A program made the position numbers and the translations under genes. This document shows positions 1 through 13,680 of a stretch of DNA of 64,000 nucleotides, in pieces. The notes beneath the pieces are model-generated. The model was not told the DNA's origin and did not search any database. It saw nothing but the letters and a program-made list of their open reading frames with translations. How positions within the stretch are numbered: the first letter of the stretch is position 1; each line of letters opens with the position of its first letter. The DNA lies in the NCBI GenBank assembly GCA_951406725.2, contig OX597843.1, forward strand, positions 3,348,001 to 3,412,000. The letters are read 5' to 3'. Source of the DNA: Octopus vulgaris (taxonomy: Eukaryota).

Positions 1-455
1 GGGGAGAATATTAAATGTGAATCAGTCTGGAAGATGCCAACTAACATGTATAATTCTTTTTGTAATTGGGGTAGGTTATATGCCCTTTTAAGGTGTTTCC
101 TTGGGTTTGTTATTGGTTTGATGTTTGCTGTTCCTTATGGCCATTTCTTCAACCAGGATTCTCATTTTGTGGCCCTGAAAATGTATTGGTAGGGTTTTTT
201 TGGGGTTTTTTTTACGGCATTGTATACGTCCATCTTTCTTGGATCGTGTATGTCGATAACATGGTTTATTACAACTACGTTGCCTTTTTTACAAGCAGGC
301 ATCAACTTTGTCAGACCCCGTGACTCTGTTCACATTTCCCAAAACACACCTTTGGCACCAGACAACCATGCCAAGAATCTGTTCAAATAGTCTACTTCTT
401 GGTGTGACATCCTCTCCTCTCGTGCCAGCCCCATGACCCCCCTTCATTTTTTCAC

Positions 456-712
456 ATGACCCCCACCCCAGATCTGAAGATCGCTGCCCCTCTATTCTGT
501 TTTGAAATTGTCCAACCACTTAGGTGGCCGATGTTCCCTTTATGACCCCCACCCCAGATCTGAAGATCACTGCCACTCTATTCTGTTTTGAAATTGTCCA
601 ACCACTTTGGTGGCAGATGTTCCCTTTATGACCCCCACCCCAGATCTAAAGATCACTGCCACTCTATTCTGTTTTGAAATTGTCCAACCACTTTGGTGGC
701 CGATGTTCCCTT
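456..712. repeat. 86-bp tandem repeat, ~3 copies
   Basis: atgacccccaccccagatct... recurs at 456, 542 and 628 (period 86). Confidence 0.9.
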
Positions 713-1079
713 TGTTATCGTCGCAGGATCACAGGATTGGTCTCTCCTTCCCCTTTTATCATCAGGGAAGCTAACCATTATCAAGACATCGGATATGCGA
801 CACGGCATTCCATCCACCGATATATTTTCCATGTAGTGATCGCAGTCACCCTTCATTTCTCTCCTTGTGTTGTGCACCATGCATTACGGGGTTTCACCCA
901 CCCCTTTGTCTCCGATCTGGACACATGAAAACCCCTTCTACTTCCGACTTCTGTGGTGTCACACTTGGGTGACCCCATTCCTAATGGAATGTGGATCTCA
1001 GTAGGAGCAACACTTCAGTTTGCCCTACCCTGATTGACATGTATCAAAGCACTGTCTCAATGGGGCACGTTTGTCCCCT

Positions 1080-4000
1080 CTTAGCCAAGGCTTTGATTGT
1101 GCAATGTTAATTCTAAACTTACCCAATCACAACATGATGCAATGCTGTGTGACCTTTTTTGTCATCAAATTTATTGAATTCGTGTTACCCTGTTGATAGG
1201 CATTTTTAGATAAATTTCAGTATTTGAATTTATTTGCTGAATTCTTTCTGGACCTTTTTTTTTATATTTTTAATGCAATCTATCCAAGCTTCTAGTCAGA
1301 GTGGAATATTTCCCAAAACACACATTTTGCCCTCTCGGCCAAGGCTCTGATTTTGCAATGTTAATTCTAAACTTACCCAATCACACCATAATGGAAAGCT
1401 GTCTAACCATTTTTCTTTACCACTTTGAGATCATCTCCAAATTTTGTCATCAAATTTGGATGGATCTTGTCTTAATATCTGCTCCCTCTTTTAACATGTT
1501 TAAGACATCTATGTTGCCCTCTCAGCCAAGGCTTTGATTGTGCAATGTTAATTCTAAACTTACCTAATCACACCATAATGGAAAGCTGTCTAACCATTTT
1601 TGTTTACCACGTTGAGATCATCTCCAAATTTTGTCATCAACTTTGGATGGATCTTGTTTTAATATCTGCTCCCACTTTTAACATGTTTAAGACATATATG
1701 TTGCCCCGTTTACAAGCAGCCATGAGTTACGTTTCACCATTTTCATCTGTTTGGTGAATATCCACTGATATCTATTTTTCCAAGTACTGATTGCAGCCAC
1801 CCTTCATTTCTCTCCTCGTGTTGTGCACCATGATTACGGGGTTTCACCCACCTCTTTGTCTCCGATTTGGACACATGAAAACCCGTTCTACTTCTGACTG
1901 CTGTGGTGTCACACTTAGCTGTCTGCATTCATAATGGAATGTGGATCCCAGTAGGAGCAACGCTTCAGTTTGCCCTACCCTGACTGACATGTATCAAAGC
2001 ACTCTCTCAATGGGGCATGTTCATCCCCCTCAGCCAATGCTTTGATTGTGAAATGTTCATTCTAAACTGACCCAATCACAACATAATCTAAAGCTTTGAA
2101 TGCCTTGATAGATCTCGTTTTAATATCTGCTCCCTCCTTTAACATGTTTAAGACATCTATGTTGCCCTCTCGGCCAAGGCTTTGATTGTGCAATGTTAAT
2201 TCTAAACTTACCCAATCACAGCACCATGTAAAGCTGTCTAACCACAGACGTCTTTTGTTTTAATATCTGATCCCTCTTTTAACATGTTTAGGACATCTAT
2301 GTTGCCCTCTCGGCCAAGGCTTTGATTGTCCAATGTTAATTCTAAACTTACCCAATCACAACACAATGTAAAGCTGTCTAACCACAGACGTCTTTTGTTT
2401 TAATATCTGCTCCCTCTTTTAACATGTTTAGGACATTTATGTTGCCCTCTCGGCCAAGGCTTTGATTGTCCAATGTTAATTCTAAACTCACCCAATCACA
2501 ACACAATGTAAAGCTGTCTAACCACAGACGTCTTTTGTTTTAATATCTGCTCCCTCTTTTAACATGTTTAAGACATCTATGTGGATCTCAGTAGGAGCTA
2601 CACTTCAGTTTGCCCTACCCTGATTGACGTGTATCAAAGCACTCTCTGAATGGGGCACATTCATCCCCCCTCAGCCAAGGCTTTGATTGTGCAATGTTAA
2701 TTCTAAGCTTACCCAATCACAACACAATGTAAAGCTATCTAACCATTTTTATTTACCACGTTGAGATCATCTCCAAATTTTGTCATCAAATTTGGATGGA
2801 TCTTGTCTTAATATCTGCTCCCACTTTTAACATGTTTAAGACATCTATGTTGCCCTCTCGGCCAAGGCTTTGATTGTCCAATGTTAATTCTAAACTTACC
2901 CAATCACAGCACCATGTAAAGCTGTCTAACCACAGACGTCTTTTGTTTTAATATCTGATCCCTCTTTTAACATGTTTAAGACATCTATGTTGCCCTCTCG
3001 GCCAAGGCTTTGATTGTCCAATGTTAATTCTAAACTTACCCAATCACAGCACCATGTAAAGCTATCTAACCATTTTTATTTACCACGTTGAGATCATCTC
3101 CAAATTTTGTCATCAAATTTGGATGGATCTTGTCTTAATATCTGCTCCCACTTTTAACATGTTTAAGACATCTATGTTGCCCTCTCGGCCAAGGCTTTGA
3201 TTGTCCAATGTTAATTCTAAACTTACCCAATCACAGCACCATGTAAAGCTGTCTAACCACAGACGTCTTTTGTTTTAATATCTGATCCCTCTTTTAACAT
3301 GTTTAAGACATCTATGTTGCCCTCTCGGCCAAGGCTTTGATTGTCCAATGTTAATTCTAAACTTACCCAATCACAACACAATGTAAAGCTGTCTAACCAC
3401 AGATGTCTTTTGTTTTAATATCTGCTCCCTCTTTTAACATGTTTAAGACATCTATGTGGATCTCAGTAGGAGCTACACTTCAGTTTGCCCTACCCTGATT
3501 GACGTGTATCAAAGCACTCTCTGAATGGGGCACATTCATCCCCCCTCAGCCAAGGCTTTGATTGTGCAATGTTAATTCTAAACTTACCCAATCACAACAC
3601 AATGTAAAGCTATCTAACCATTTTTATTTACCACGTTGAGATCATCTCCAAATTTTGTCATCAAATTTGGATGGATCTTGTCTTAATATCTGCTCCCACT
3701 TTTAACATGTTTAAGACATCTATGTTGCCCCATTTACAAGCCGCCATGAGTTACGTTTCACCATTTTCATCTGTTTGGTGAATATTCACTGATATCTATT
3801 TTTCCAAGTACTGATTGCAGCCACCCTTCATTTCTCCCCTTGTGTTGTGCACCATGATTACGGGGTTTCACCCACCCCTTTGTCTCCAATTTGGACACAT
3901 GAAAACCCCTTCTACTTCCGACTTCTGTGGTGTCACACTTGGCTGTCTCCATTCCTAATGGAATGTGGATCTCAGTAGGAGCAACTTTCCAGTTTGCCCT

Positions 4001-7000
4001 ACCCTGACTGACATGTATCAAAACACTCTCTCAATGGGGCATGTTCATCCCCCTCAGCCAATGCTTTGATTGTGCAATGTTCATTCTAAACTTACCCAAT
4101 CACAGCATGATGTAAAGCTGTCTAACCCTTTTTGTCTCTCGTTTTAATATCTGCTCCCTCTTTTAACATGTTGCAGACATCTATGTTGCCCTCTCGGCCA
4201 AGGCTTTGATTGTGCAATGTTAATTCTAAACTTACCCAATCACAGCATAATGGAAAGCTGTCTAACAATTTTTGTTTACCACTTTGAGATCATCTCCAAA
4301 TTTTGTCATCAAATTTGGATGGATCTTGTCTTAATATCTGCTCCCACTTTTAACATGTTTAAGACATATATGTTGCCCTCTCGGCCAAGGCTTTGATTGT
4401 GCAATGTTAATTCTAAACTTACCCAATCACAGCATAATGGAAAGCTGTCTAACAATTTTTGTTTACCACGTTGAGATCATCTCCAAATTTTGTCATCAAC
4501 TTTGGATGGATCTTGTCTTAATATCTGCTCCCACTTTTAACATGTTTAAGACATCTATGTTGCCCTCTCGGCCAAGGCTTTGATTGTGCAATATTAATTC
4601 TAAACTTACCCAATCACAGCACCATGTAAAGCTGTCTAACCCTTTTTGTCTCTTGTTTTAATATCTGCTCCCTCTTTTAACATGTTGCAGACATCTATGT
4701 TGCCCTCTCGGCCAAGGCTTTGATTGTGCAATATTAATTCTAAACTTACCCAATCACAGCACCATGTAAAGCTGTCTAACCCTTTTTGTCTCTCGTTTTA
4801 ATATCTGCTCCCTCTTTTAACATGTTGCAGACATCTATGTTGCCCTCTCGGCCAAGGCTTTGATTGTGCAATGTTAATTCTAAACTTACCCAATCACAGC
4901 ATAATGGAAAGCTGTCTAACAATTTTTCTTTACCACTTTGAGATCATCTCCAAATTTTGTCATCAAATTTGGATGGATCTTGTCTTAATATCTGCTCCAA
5001 CTTTTAACATGTTTAAGACATCTATGTTGCCCTCTCGGCTAAGGCTTTGATTGTGCAATGTTAATTCTAAACTTACCCAATCACAGCACCATGTAAAGCT
5101 GTCTAACCCTTTTTGTCTCTCGTTTTAATATCTGCTCCCTCTTTTAACATGTTGCAGACATCTATGTTGCCCTCTCGGCCAAGGCTTTGATTGTGCAATG
5201 TTAATTCTAAACTTACCCAATCACAGCATAATGGAAAGCTGTCTAACAATTTTTCTTTACCACTTTGAGATCATCTCCAAATTTTGTCATCAAATTTGGA
5301 TGGATCTTGTCTTAATATCTGCTCCCACTTTTAACATGTTTAAGACATCTATGTTGCCCTCTCGGCCAAGGCTTTGATTGTGCAATGTTAATTCTAAACT
5401 TACCCAATCACAGCACCATGTAAAGCTGTATAACCCTTGTTGGATTTTGTTTTAATATCTGCTCCCTCTTTTAACATGTTTAAGACATCTATGTTGCCCT
5501 CTCGGCCAAGGCTTTGATTGTGCAATGTTAATTCTAAACTTACCCAATCACAGCATATTGGAAAGCTGTCTAACAATTTTTGTTTACCACTTTGAGATCA
5601 TCTCCAAATTTTGTCATCAAATTTGGATGGATCTTGTCTTAATATCTGCTCCCAGTTTTAACATGTTTAAGACATCTATGTTGCCCTCTCGGCCAAGGCT
5701 TTGATTGTGCAATGTTAATTCTAAACTTACCCAATCACAACACAATGTAAAGCTGTCTAACCATTTTTATTTACCACGTTGAGATCATCTCCAAATTTTG
5801 TCATCAAATTTGGATGGATCTTGTCTTAATATCTGCTCCCACTTTTAACATGTTTAAGACATCTATGTTGCCCCATTTACAAGCCGCCATGAGTTACGTT
5901 TCACCATTTTCATCTGTTTGGTGAATATTCACTGATATCTATTTTTCCAAGTACTGATTGCAGCCACCCTTCATTTCTCCCCTTGTGTTGTGCACCATGA
6001 TTACGGGGTTTCACCCACCCCTTTGTCTCCAATTTGGACACATGAAAACCCCTTCTACTTCCGACTTCTGTGGTGTCACACTTGGCTGTCTCCATTCCTA
6101 ATGGAATGTGGATCTCAGTAGGAGCAACTTTCCAGTTTGCCCTACCCTGACTGACATGTATCAAAGCACTCTCTCAATGGGGCATGTTCATCCCCCTCAG
6201 CCAATGCTTTGATTGTGCAATGTTCATTCTAAACTTACCCAATCACAGCATGATGTAAAGCTGTCTAACCCTTTTTGTCTCTCGTTTTAATATCTGCTCC
6301 CTCTTTTAACATGTTGCAGACATCTATGTTGCCCTCTCGGCCAAGGCTTTGATTGTGCAATGTTAATTCTAAACTTACCCAATCACAGCATAATGGAAAG
6401 CTGTCTAACAATTTTTGTTTACCACTTTGAGATCATCTCCAAATTTTGTCATCAAATTTGGATGGATCTTGTCTTAATATCTGCTCCCACTTTTAACATG
6501 TTTAAGACATCTATGTTGCCCTCTCGGCCAAGGCTTTGATTGTGCAATGTTAATTCTAAACTTACCCAATCACAGCATAATGGAAAGCTGTCTAACAATT
6601 TTTGTTTACCACTTTGAGATCATCTCCAAATTTTGTCATCAAATTTGGATGGATCTTGTCTTAATATCTGCTCCCACTTTTAACATGTTTAAGACATATA
6701 TGTTGCCCTCTCGGCCAAGGCTTTGATTGTGCAATGTTAATTCTAAACTTACCCAATCACAGCATAATGGAAAGCTGTCTAACAATTTTTGTTTACCACT
6801 TTGAGATCATCTCCAAATTTTGTCATCAAATTTGGATGGATCTTGTCTTAATATCTGCTCCCACTTTTAACATGTTTAAGACATCTATGTTGCCCTCTCG
6901 GCCAAGGCTTTGATTGTGCAATATTAATTCTAAACTTACCCAATCACAGCACCATGTAAAGCTGTCTAACCCTTTTTGTCTCTTGTTTTAATATCTGCTC

Positions 7001-9890
7001 CCTCTTTTAACATGTTGCAGACATCTATGTTGCCCTCTCGGCCAAGGCTTTGATTGTGCAATATTAATTCTAAACTTACCCAATCACAGCACCATGTAAA
7101 GCTGTCTAACCCTTTTTGTCTCTCGTTTTAATATCTGCTCCCTCTTTTAACATGTTGCAGACATCTATGTTGCCCTCTCGGCCAAGGCTTTGATTGTGCA
7201 ATGTTAATTCTAAACTTACCCAATCACAGCATAATGGAAAGCTGTCTAACAATCTTTCTTTACCACTTTGAGATCATCTCCAAATTTTGTCATCAAATTT
7301 GGATGGATCTTGTCTTAATATCTGCTCCCACTTTTAACATGTTTAAGACATCTATGTTGCCCTCTCGGCTAAGGCTTTGATTGTGCAATGTTAATTCTAA
7401 ACTTACCCAATCACAGCACCATGTAAAGCTGTCTAACCCTTTTTGTCTCTCGTTTTAATATCTGCTCCCTCTTTTAACATGTTGCAGACATCTATGTTGC
7501 CCTCTCGGCCAAGGCTTTGATTGTGCAATGTTAATTCTAAACTTACCCAATCACAGCATAATGGAAAGCTGTCTAATAATTTTTGTTTACCACGTTGAGA
7601 TCATCTCCAAATTTTGTCATCAAATTTGGATGGATCTTGTCTTAATATCTGCTCCCACTTTTAACATGTTTAAGACATCTATGTTGCCCTCTCGGCCAAG
7701 GCTTTGATTGTGCAATGTTAATTCTAAACTTACCCAATCACAGCATAATGGAAAGCTGTCTAACAATTTTTCTTTACCACTTTGAGATCATCTCCAAATT
7801 TTGTCATCAAATTTGGATGGATCTTGTCTTAATATCTGCTCCCACTTTTAACATGTTTAAGACATCTATGTTGCCCTCTCGGCCAAGGCTTTGATTGTGC
7901 AATGTTAATTCTAAACTTACCCAATTACAGCACCATGTAAAGCTGTCTAACCCTTTTTGTCTCTCGTTTTAATATCTGCTCCCTCTTCTAACATGTTGCA
8001 GACATCTATGTTGCCCTCTCGGCCAAGGCTTTGACTGTGCAATGTTAATTCTAAACTTACCCAATCACAGCATAATGGAAAGCTGTCTAACAATTTTTGT
8101 TTACCACTTTGAGATCATCTCCAAATTTTGTCATCAAATTTGGATGGATCTTGTCTTAATATCTGCTCCCAGTTTTAACATGTTTAAGACATCTATGTTG
8201 CCCTCTCGGCCAAGGCTTTGATTGTGCAATGTTAATTCTAAACTTACCCAATCACAGCATAATGGAAAGCTGTCTAACAATTTTTCTTTACCACTTTGAG
8301 ATCATCTCCAAATTTTGTCATCAAATCTGGATGGATCTTGTCTTAATATCTGCTCCCACTTTTAACATGTTTAAGACATCTATGTTGCCCTCTCGGCCAA
8401 GGCTTTGATTGTGCAATGTTAATTCTAAACTTACCCAATCACAGCATAATGGAAAGCTGTCTAACAATTTTTCTTTACCACTTTGAGATCATCTCCAAAT
8501 TTTGTCATCAAATTTGGATGGATCTTGTCTTAATATCTGCTCCCACTTTTAACATGTTTAAGACATCTATGTTGCCCTCTCGGCCAAGGCTTTGATTGTG
8601 CAATGTTAATTCTAAACTTACCCAATCACAGCACCATGTAAAGCTGTCTAACCCTTTTTGTCTCTCGTTTTAATATCTGCTCCCTCTTCTAACATGTTGC
8701 AGACATCTATGTTGCCCTCTCGGCCAAGGCTTTGATTGTGCAATGTTAATTCTAAACTTACCCAATCACAGCATAATGGAAAGCTGTCTAACAATTTTTG
8801 TTTACCACGTTGAGATCATCTCCAAATTTTGTCATCAAATTTGGATGGATCTTGTCTTAATATCTGCTCCCACTTTTAACATGTTTAAGACATCTATGTT
8901 GCCCTCTCGGCCAAGGCTTTGATTGTGCAATGTTAATTCTAAACTTACCCAATCACAGCATAATGGAAAGCTGTCTAACAATTTTTGTTTACCACGTTGA
9001 GATCATCTCCAAATTTTGTCATCAAATTTGGATGGATCTTGTCTTAATATCTGCTCCCACTTTTAACATGTTTAAGACATCTATGTTGCCCTCTCGGCCA
9101 AGGCTTTGATTGTGCAATGTTAATTCTAAACTTACCCAATCACAGCATAATGGAAAGCTGTCTAACAATTTTTGTTTACCACTTTGAGATCATCTCCAAA
9201 TTTTGTCATCAAATTTGGATGGATCTTGTCTTAATATCTGCTCCCACTTTTAACATGTTTAAGACATCTATGTTGCCCTCTCAGCCAAGGCTTTGATTGT
9301 GCAATGTTAATTCTAAACTTACCCAATCACAGCATAATGGAAAGCTGTCTAACAATTTTTGTTTACCACTTTGAGATCATTTCCAAATTTTGTCATCAAA
9401 TTTAGATGGATCTTGTCTTAATATCTGCTCCCACTTTTAACATGTTTAAGACATCTATGTTGCCCTCTCGGCCAAGGCTTTGATTGTGCAATGTTAATTC
9501 TAAACTTACCCAATCACAGCATAATGGAAAGCTGTCTAACAATTTTTGTTTACCACTTTGAGATCATCTCCAAATTTTGTCATCAAATTTGGATGGATCT
9601 TGTCTTAATATCTGCTCCCACTTTTAACATGTTTAAGACATCTATGTTGCCCTCTCGGCCAAGGCTTTGATTGTGCAATGTTAATTCTAAACTTACCCAA
9701 TCACAGCATAATGGAAAGCTGTCTAACAATTTTTCTTTACCACTTTGAGATCATCTCCAAATTTTGTCATCAAATTTGGATGGATCTTGTCTTAATATCT
9801 GCTCCCACTTTTAACATGTTTAAGACATCTATGTTGCCCCATTTACAAGTAGCCATGAGTTACGTTTCACCATTTTCATCTGTTTGGTGA
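1080..9890 (-). repeat. Satellite array 1: 140-bp and 187-bp monomers derived from an ankyrin-repeat exon plus its splice donor
   Basis: Period 140 (gttgccctctcggcc at 2161/2301/2441) and 187 (tgccctc at 6517/6704/6891). The minus strand reads GNIDVLNMLKEGADIKTKDVCG*TALHGAVIG then gtaagtttagaattaac. The long form adds LMTKFGDDLKVVNKNC*TAFHYAVIG. Confidence 0.9.
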
Positions 9891-10199
9891 ATATCCACTG
9901 ATACGTATTTTTCCTGTACTGATTGCAGTCACCCTTCATTTCTCCCCTTGCGGTTTGCACTATGCATTACGGGGCTTCCTCCACCCCTTTGTGTCCGATC
10001 TGGACATATGTAACCCCGTTTACTCGCTCGCCTATTTATATTCTAGTCATTTTTTAAAATTTATTATTAGCATTGGTGATTAATCATGAATTCACTTCTT
10101 TAAGAAATGATGCAAAATAAATTTCCAAATATGGTATGGAATTACTAACCATGTGATACACGGCCCTTTTGGTAAGGGGTGGCTCGGGAATTCAAGGAA

Positions 10200-10640
10200 T
10201 TTAGCATACAGGCAAACGTGGAGGTCCTGTGCGCTATGTCTGTGTAATGCAACCCGAGCCCTCCTGAGGCTGTCTGAAGAGCATGAGGGCTTCAATGCGC
10301 AGAAACGGGCCTGCTTGAGGGCTTCATTGTTGGTGGTGTCCTCCTTCCAAGGAGATGAACTCTGTGATGGAGCAAAGGCATCTGTGGTGGACGTGCTCCT
10401 GCATCTGACTTGCTTCCTGTACAGCAACCAAACGTCTGACCCCGTAAAGAAATGATGACAACCACGTTGTGGACCGTGGTTCTACAGGGCACTTGCAGTG
10501 GATGACTCTACCGTACGCACATCTGGAGAGGTCCAAAGGAGGTGTGGATTTTAGCAATGACGTAACACTGTATCCCCAGGTGTGTCTCTCGTTTACGTCA
10601 ACTCCAACTCCTATCGACAGGTGTGTTACGTCTGTGTTAC
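10200..10640 (-). mobile_element. Degenerate RTE-clade LINE reverse-transcriptase C-terminal fragment
   Basis: Frameshifted minus-strand peptides VHNVVVIISL, LLYRKQVR, HHRCLCSI and WKEDTTNNEALKQA match the RTE pattern VYRAVV..LLYG.ETW.LYRKQ...FHQRCLRSI..W....TN.EVL. Confidence 0.7.
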
Positions 10641-11598
10641 CCTGCTAACCAGTACTCATCAGGTAAGTTTACTCTGTGAATTTCTTTGGATAATTTTCTC
10701 TACACTTGAATTAATTTTTTCCTCATTTTCTTTCTTTTTATGCAATCGACCCAAACTTCTGATCAGAAAGGAATACTTCCCTAGCCACACCTTCTGCACT
10801 GGACAGCCCAGCAAAGAGACTGTTCAAACACACTCCTTCTTGGTGTGACATCATTTCCCCTTCCTTTTGGTCCACTCATTTTATTTAATTTTATTTAATT
10901 CTACTCTTATCCAATCACAACATATGTAAAGCTGTATAATCATTTGAATTTATTTGGTTAAAGAAATCTCCACCGGCACCTAACATCGTCTTTATTAGTT
11001 CTATGTTACCTTGCTAACAAGAGGTCACCATGAGAGTTTGACCATTTGAAGATGTTTCGTTGATTTTATTAGGATGTAATTTGCGTCTGGTTCCCTCAAT
11101 CCACATTACCCGATTCATTTCTTCACGTGACACCACCCCAGGTCTAAAGATCACTGCTCCTCTCCTTGGGTGGCCAATGTTCCCTTTGTTATCTTCGCAG
11201 GATCACAGGGCTGGTCTCTCCCTCAGCTTTTTCATCAGTGGCGCTAACCACCATCCAAACACACGATACGTGAACTGGCATGCATTATGGGGCTTCACCC
11301 ATTCTTGCCCTCTTATCTGAACAGATTTAACCCCTTCTAAATCTGACTGCTGTGGGGCCAAACATGGATGTCTCCATTTATACTGGAATGCTTCAGAGGG
11401 CAGATTCATCCCCACTAAGTCATGGTTTTGGTTGTGCGATGGTGTCATTCCACAATTCTATTTCTACTGGGTCTGTATGCAGCTCTTAAGAAATCTCCAC
11501 CGGAATCTAACATTGTCTTACCAGTCAATTGAAGACAAGTTGATGGCTTGATTATCATGAAGAATGCATACTTCTGTAATAGAATCTGCATCACGTCA

Positions 11599-12395
11599 TC
11601 ACCAATTCTGTTGCTGGATGCTTGTATCCCTGGAGATTACATCAGGGTAGGAGAGTGTGCACCCTCTAGTATCGTGCGTAGATGGCTTCCAGCGGAGAAG
11701 AGTAGAAATTACTTCGTTTTCAGCTCTACAATAATGTCCAGCAAACTGGACTCTCCTACCTTTCACAAGAGATGACACAGGTGGTAGTTTCCCATCTATT
11801 TGTACTTTGGTTGGATGACTCTTCCACGAGAGATTTTGAGCTCTCATAAGGAGGCGAGTGTAGGTTCAATCGAACCGCCTCTCAAGCTTCTTTGATAACG
11901 TCCAGGTTTCTGAGCCATATAGTAGAATTGGTTCGACTGTGGCTTTGAAGATTTTAAGTTTGAAATCTCAACAACCCTGCAACCTATGGCTCTGAGATGA
12001 TACTGGTGGTAGTTTTCCATATATTTGTACTTTGGTTGGATGACTCTTCCACGAGAGATTTTGAGCTCTCATAAGGAGGCGAGTGTAGGTTCCATCCAAC
12101 CACCTCTCAAGCTTCTTTGATAACGTCCAGGTTTCTGAGCCATATAGTAGAATTGGTTCGACTGTGGCTTTGAAGATTTTAAGTTTGAAATCTCAACAAC
12201 CCTGCAACCTATGGCTCTGAGATGATACTGGTGGTAGTTTTCCATATATTTGTACTTTGGTTGGATGACGCTTCCACGAGAGATTTTGAGCTCTCATAAG
12301 GAGGCGAGTGTAGGTTCCATCCAACCGCCTCTCAAGCTTCTTTGATAACGTCCAGGTTTCTGAGCCATATAGTAGAATTGGTTCGACTGTGGCTT
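11599..12395 (-). mobile_element. LINE (RTE/RTE-X-like) RT C-terminal fragment, partly triplicated as a 225-bp tandem unit
   Basis: Minus strand KIFKATVEPILLYGSETWTLSKKLERR...RLLMRAQNLSWKSHPTK...RRVQFAGHYCRAENEVISTLLRWKP. The unit start ggtggtagttt occurs at 11780, 12005 and 12230. Confidence 0.85.
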
Positions 12396-12647
12396 GGTGT
12401 TAAGAGGCTATTTCTTTTTCCAATTTTTGGAGCGTATACTGGTTAGAAGGATGTCGTGAGCTGGTGTTGATCACATTCAGATATTTATCTGCCATCGATA
12501 CGGGAGCTAGTAAGGGGACCCCGACATTCATCATGTTCGGGTGGGGCTTTTTCCATGCCATATCTTTGAATATTTCACCAGGCAAGAATTGGATGGAATT
12601 CAGAAACAAACTCAGATCTGGAGATTTTAGTCAATTCTAAACTTAAC

Positions 12648-12797
12648 CCAATCACAGAATAATGTAATGCTGTCTCATTGTCTTTGTCACCGATTCCTAT
12701 CTTCTCCAAATTCTATCCTCAAACTTATTATTCTTGTGTTACCCACTTCACAGGCTTCGTTAGGTAAGTGCCATTGTCTAAATTTGATTAAGTTTAT
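12648..12797 (-). pseudogene. Decayed ankyrin-repeat exon (paralogue of the 48172-48323 exon); duplicate at ~18877-19026, partial copy at ~13153-13300
   Basis: cag|INLIKFRQWHLPNEACEVGNTRIISLRIEFGEDRN, frameshift, DKDNETALHYSVIG, then gttaagtttagaattgactaaaatc; about 150 nt. Confidence 0.75.
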
Positions 12798-13549
12798 CTG
12801 GACTTTACCTAAACTTCTTGTCAAAATGTAAAATTTCCCAAACCACACCTTTTGCAAAGGACAACCCAAAAGAGACTGAAATCTTTAGATACTCTGCTTC
12901 GCAATGTGAAAATCCTTTCTTCTTGGTTCTGGTCCTCGTTCTCATTGCCCCTTTAATTTCTTCACATGAATCCACGCAGATCTAAAGATCACTGCTAATC
13001 TATTCAGGTGTCTACCAGGGCGCCCTGGCATCAGTCACCTCCGGGTGGTGCTTTTTGCATGCCTCACTTTTGGATGTTACACTACTCTAGAATTGGGAGG
13101 AATTTTGAAACCAAACTCAGATCTGGAGATTTTAGTTAATTCTAAACTTAACCCAATCACAGAATAATGTAATGCTGTTTCATTGTCTTTGTCACAGATT
13201 CCTCTCATCTCCAAATTCTATCCTCAAACTTATTATTCTTGTGTTACCCACTTCACAGACATCGTTAGGTGAGTGTTATCATCTAAATTTCATTAAGTTT
13301 ATTAGCCGTAAGTGGGGAGTTTTTTTCCCCTTTTTTGTAAGGACAAACTCATCTCATTCTCATTGCCCCTTTCATTTCTTCACATGACCCCACCCTAGCT
13401 CCAAAGATCGCTGCTACTCTATTCAGGAGGCCCTGGCATCGAACACTTTCGGGTTGTGCTTCTTATGTGCCGCATTTTGCATATTTCACAAGTCGAGAAT
13501 TGCAAGAAATTTTAAAGCAAATCTGAGGATTTTAGTTAATTCTGACCCT

Positions 13550-13680
13550 ACCCAATCATGGCATCATTGAAAGCTGTAGGAGCAATTTTGTCACTCATGT
13601 TGAAATCAACTCCAACCCCTTTCTACAAGTTTGTTAAAACTGTGTCGCCCTGTTTACAAGCCTTTCTAACATTAAAGGAG
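13550..13680 (-). pseudogene. 3' half of the ankyrin exon from which the 51/49-bp satellite expanded
   Basis: Minus strand ACKQGDTVLTNL*KGVGVDFNMSDKIAPTAFNDAMIG|gtagggtcagaattaactaaaatc. Confidence 0.75.
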
